A stretch of 64,000 bases of DNA from Candidatus Omnitrophota bacterium (GTDB taxonomy: Bacteria > Omnitrophota > Gorgyraeia > 2-01-FULL-45-10), in contig JAQUSB010000002.1 of the NCBI GenBank assembly GCA_028715345.1, positions 675-64,674 of the forward strand, written 5' to 3'. Made by a program: the position numbers and the translations under genes. Below are positions 60,379 to 64,000 of this stretch, piece by piece. Position 1 is the stretch's first letter. The number at the start of each line of letters is the position of its first letter. Below the pieces are notes generated by a model. That model was not told the DNA's origin. It searched no databases and saw only the letters and a program-made list of their open reading frames with translations.

Positions 60379-61074
60379 ATGGATAGGCCGCTTGATAAAC
60401 AGATAACAGCATTGTCAAAAATAAGCAAGGTCATCGTGTCGGACATGTATCTGGAAGACATCCTTAAGCTGATAGTGAACGTGACGGCGGAAATGATGGA
60501 TTCGAAGATATGCTCTCTTATGCTTATCGACTACAAAACAAAACAGCTCGTAATACGCGCGACCCAGAGCATGAGCGACGCGTACAATAAAAAATTGCCT
60601 TTGAAGATAGGGGAAGGCATAGCCGGAAAAGCGGCAAAAGAGAATAAGCCTATCATCGTAAAGGACATCGCAAAAGAAAAAGAATATAAGCACAAGGATA
60701 TAGCGGAAAAAGAGAATCTTTCGTCCCTTCTATGCGTGCCTTTGTCCGTGAAGAACAGGGTAATAGGCGTGATAAACTGCTACACTTCGAAGCCCCATGA
60801 TTTCACCGAAACGGAAGTCACTATACTGACTTCCATAGCAAATCAGGCCGCGGTCGCGATCGAAAATACGGAGCTGGCCATAAAGAGCAGGCTCGCCAAA
60901 GAAGAACTCGAGACGCGAAAAAAGATAGAACGCGCCAAGGGCATAATAATGAAAGACGAGGGCAAGACCGAAGAAGAGGCGTATCTGAAATTGCAGAAAT
61001 ACAGTATGGATAACCGCAAGAGCCTGCGCGAAGTAGCGGAGGCCGTCATACTTGCGGCGGATATAAAAAAGTAA
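60379..61074 (+). CDS. GAF + ANTAR domain regulator (paralog 2)
   Basis: 231 aa; collinear with 6027..6740; ELETRKKIERAKGIIMKDEGKTEEEAYLKLQKYSMDNRKSLREVAEAVI ANTAR. Confidence 0.75.
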   Translation: MDRPLDKQITALSKISKVIVSDMYLEDILKLIVNVTAEMMDSKICSLMLIDYKTKQLVIRATQSMSDAYNKKLPLKIGEGIAGKAAKENKPIIVKDIAKEKEYKHKDIAEKENLSSLLCVPLSVKNRVIGVINCYTSKPHDFTETEVTILTSIANQAAVAIENTELAIKSRLAKEELETRKKIERAKGIIMKDEGKTEEEAYLKLQKYSMDNRKSLREVAEAVILAADIKK

Positions 61075-61148
61075 ATGGACGCGTACAGGAAAGAGGCGGA
61101 AAAGATACTGGACGGTAAAAAGTAGTCCAAAAGAAATAGGGAGGGGTT

Positions 61149-62943
<1,795 letters not shown>

Positions 62944-62954
62944 CTTTTTTAAAT

Positions 62955-62982
62955 TTGACATTCCGACTTAATAGTATATAAT
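62955..62982 (+). promoter_or_regulatory. consensus sigma70 promoter for carA
   Basis: TTGACA-16 nt-TATAAT. Confidence 0.5.
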
Positions 62983-63002
62983 TAAGCTCAAAAAGATACA
63001 TT

Positions 63003-64000
63003 ATGGTTGCGATACTCGCATTAGAAGACGGACAGATATATAAAGGGCTATCTTTCGGGGCGGAAGGCGAAAGATACGGCGAGATCGTCTTCAACACAAG
63101 CATGACCGGCTATCAGGAGATCCTCACCGACCCATCCTATAAAGGCCAGATAGTCGCGATGACCTGTCCGCTCATCGGCAATTACGGAGTCAACGACGAA
63201 GACGCCGAATCCCGCAAGCCTTTCGCGGAAGGTTTCGTAGTAAAAGAGTATTCGAAAATATTCAGCAACTGGCGCTCCAAAAGATCCCTCGGCGATTACC
63301 TTAAAGAGAACGGTATAATAGGCATAGAAGGCATCGATACCCGATCGCTTACGCTCCACATCAGGGAGGCGGGGGCTTTAAAAGCCGTCCTCTCCACCGT
63401 AGATACAGACGAGAAAAGCCTCGTCGAGAAAGCGAAAAACTCTCCGGGGCTCATAGGCGTGGACCTTGTAAAAGAGGTCGCCTGTCCGAAAAAATACGAA
63501 TGGAATAACTCCGGTAAATACAAAGTGGTCGTCCTCGATTGCGGCGTAAAGCTCAATACTCTCCGCGCCCTGGCAAAGAGAAACTGCAAGGTTATAGTAG
63601 TGCCTGCGCGCGCCTCGGCCAAAGATATACTCGACCTGAAACCAAACGGAGTGCTTTTATCGAACGGCCCCGGCGATCCTGCCGCCTTAGGATATGTGGT
63701 AAAAACGACTATAGGCCTTTTGGGCAAAGTCCCGATATTCGGCATATGCCTGGGCCACCAGATGCTGGGTCAGGCCTTGGGCGGGAAAACGTATAAGCTC
63801 AAATTCGGCCATCACGGCGGCAATCAGCCCGTAAAAGACGTAAAGACGGGCAAAGTAGCGATAAGCGTCCAGAACCACGGCTTTTGCGTAGACATCGATA
63901 CGCTGAACAAAAAAGATGTCGAGCTGACCCACGTAAACCTGAACGACGACACACTGGAAGGGATGCGGCATAAGAAATTACCCGCCTTCTCCGTCCAGTT
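63003..64000 (+). CDS. carA: carbamoyl-phosphate synthase small subunit (partial, runs off window end)
   Basis: [51 protein letters not shown]; GATase domain GICLGHQ; no stop before window end so absent from ORF track. Confidence 0.9.
   Translation, partial: MVAILALEDGQIYKGLSFGAEGERYGEIVFNTSMTGYQEILTDPSYKGQIVAMTCPLIGNYGVNDEDAESRKPFAEGFVVKEYSKIFSNWRSKRSLGDYLKENGIIGIEGIDTRSLTLHIREAGALKAVLSTVDTDEKSLVEKAKNSPGLIGVDLVKEVACPKKYEWNNSGKYKVVVLDCGVKLNTLRALAKRNCKVIVVPARASAKDILDLKPNGVLLSNGPGDPAALGYVVKTTIGLLGKVPIFGICLGHQMLGQALGGKTYKLKFGHHGGNQPVKDVKTGKVAISVQNHGFCVDIDTLNKKDVELTHVNLNDDTLEGMRHKKLPAFSVQ

Overview
This 64-kb window looks like core bacterial chromosome with roughly balanced GC. It has a tightly packed set of metabolic and housekeeping genes, all but one on the + strand, and no transposase, integrase, CRISPR array, rRNA or tRNA that I can see. 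The window breaks into four blocks.

1. Positions 1-6.7 kb: small housekeeping and signalling genes.
- An alpha/beta hydrolase, two PilZ proteins (one fused to a STAS domain), panD, def, a cold-shock protein, a YqeY-like protein, a PflA-like radical SAM enzyme, and a GAF-ANTAR regulator.
- An entericidin-like 45-codon sORF that the six-frame ORF track misses.

2. Positions 6.8-20 kb: a nitrogen-assimilation cluster.
- nadE, a porin, amtB, glnK, glnN and gltBD. The type III glutamine synthetase gene glnN carries an internal in-frame TAA.

3. Positions 20-41 kb: a ~19-kb unidirectional run of energy-conservation genes.
- A KimA-like K+ transporter.
- One consensus promoter, followed by a short terminated leader.
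- K+-independent H+-pyrophosphatase (hppA).
- A 12-gene Mrp/complex-I-like group 4 [NiFe] hydrogenase (Mbh-like), with intact Ni-binding Cys motifs in the large subunit and a HycI protease.
- A complete F1Fo ATP synthase: atpZ/I-like, then atpBEFHAGDC.

4. Positions 41-64 kb:
- A PPC-domain protein, a HAD phosphatase, two radical SAM enzymes (one YgiQ) and a divergent Ski2-like helicase.
- A DUF-like protein, PFK, a ferritin-like protein and a two-component system.
- An OMP-HEAT-GT2 exopolysaccharide-like module, a TrpB-like enzyme, nfnAB-type genes with NADP-GDH, a second GAF-ANTAR paralog, pyrG and the start of carA.

The most interesting signal is regulatory. Three leaders (glnN, hppA, nfnA) each have a consensus sigma70-type promoter, then a 4-bp hairpin with an A-N-N-G-A-C hexaloop placed on or next to an intrinsic terminator. 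That is the architecture of ANTAR antitermination targets, and two paralogous GAF-ANTAR proteins are encoded in the same window. Together these suggest an undescribed GAF-ANTAR regulon that couples nitrogen assimilation, NADPH supply and the hppA-hydrogenase-ATP synthase super-operon.

Other observations: a three-copy ~60-70 bp REP/MITE-like repeat family, a hairpin-rich 210-bp divergent intergenic region, and a 20-bp perfect palindrome with NtrC-like half-sites.

All calls rest on motif recognition by eye. I ran no database searches.
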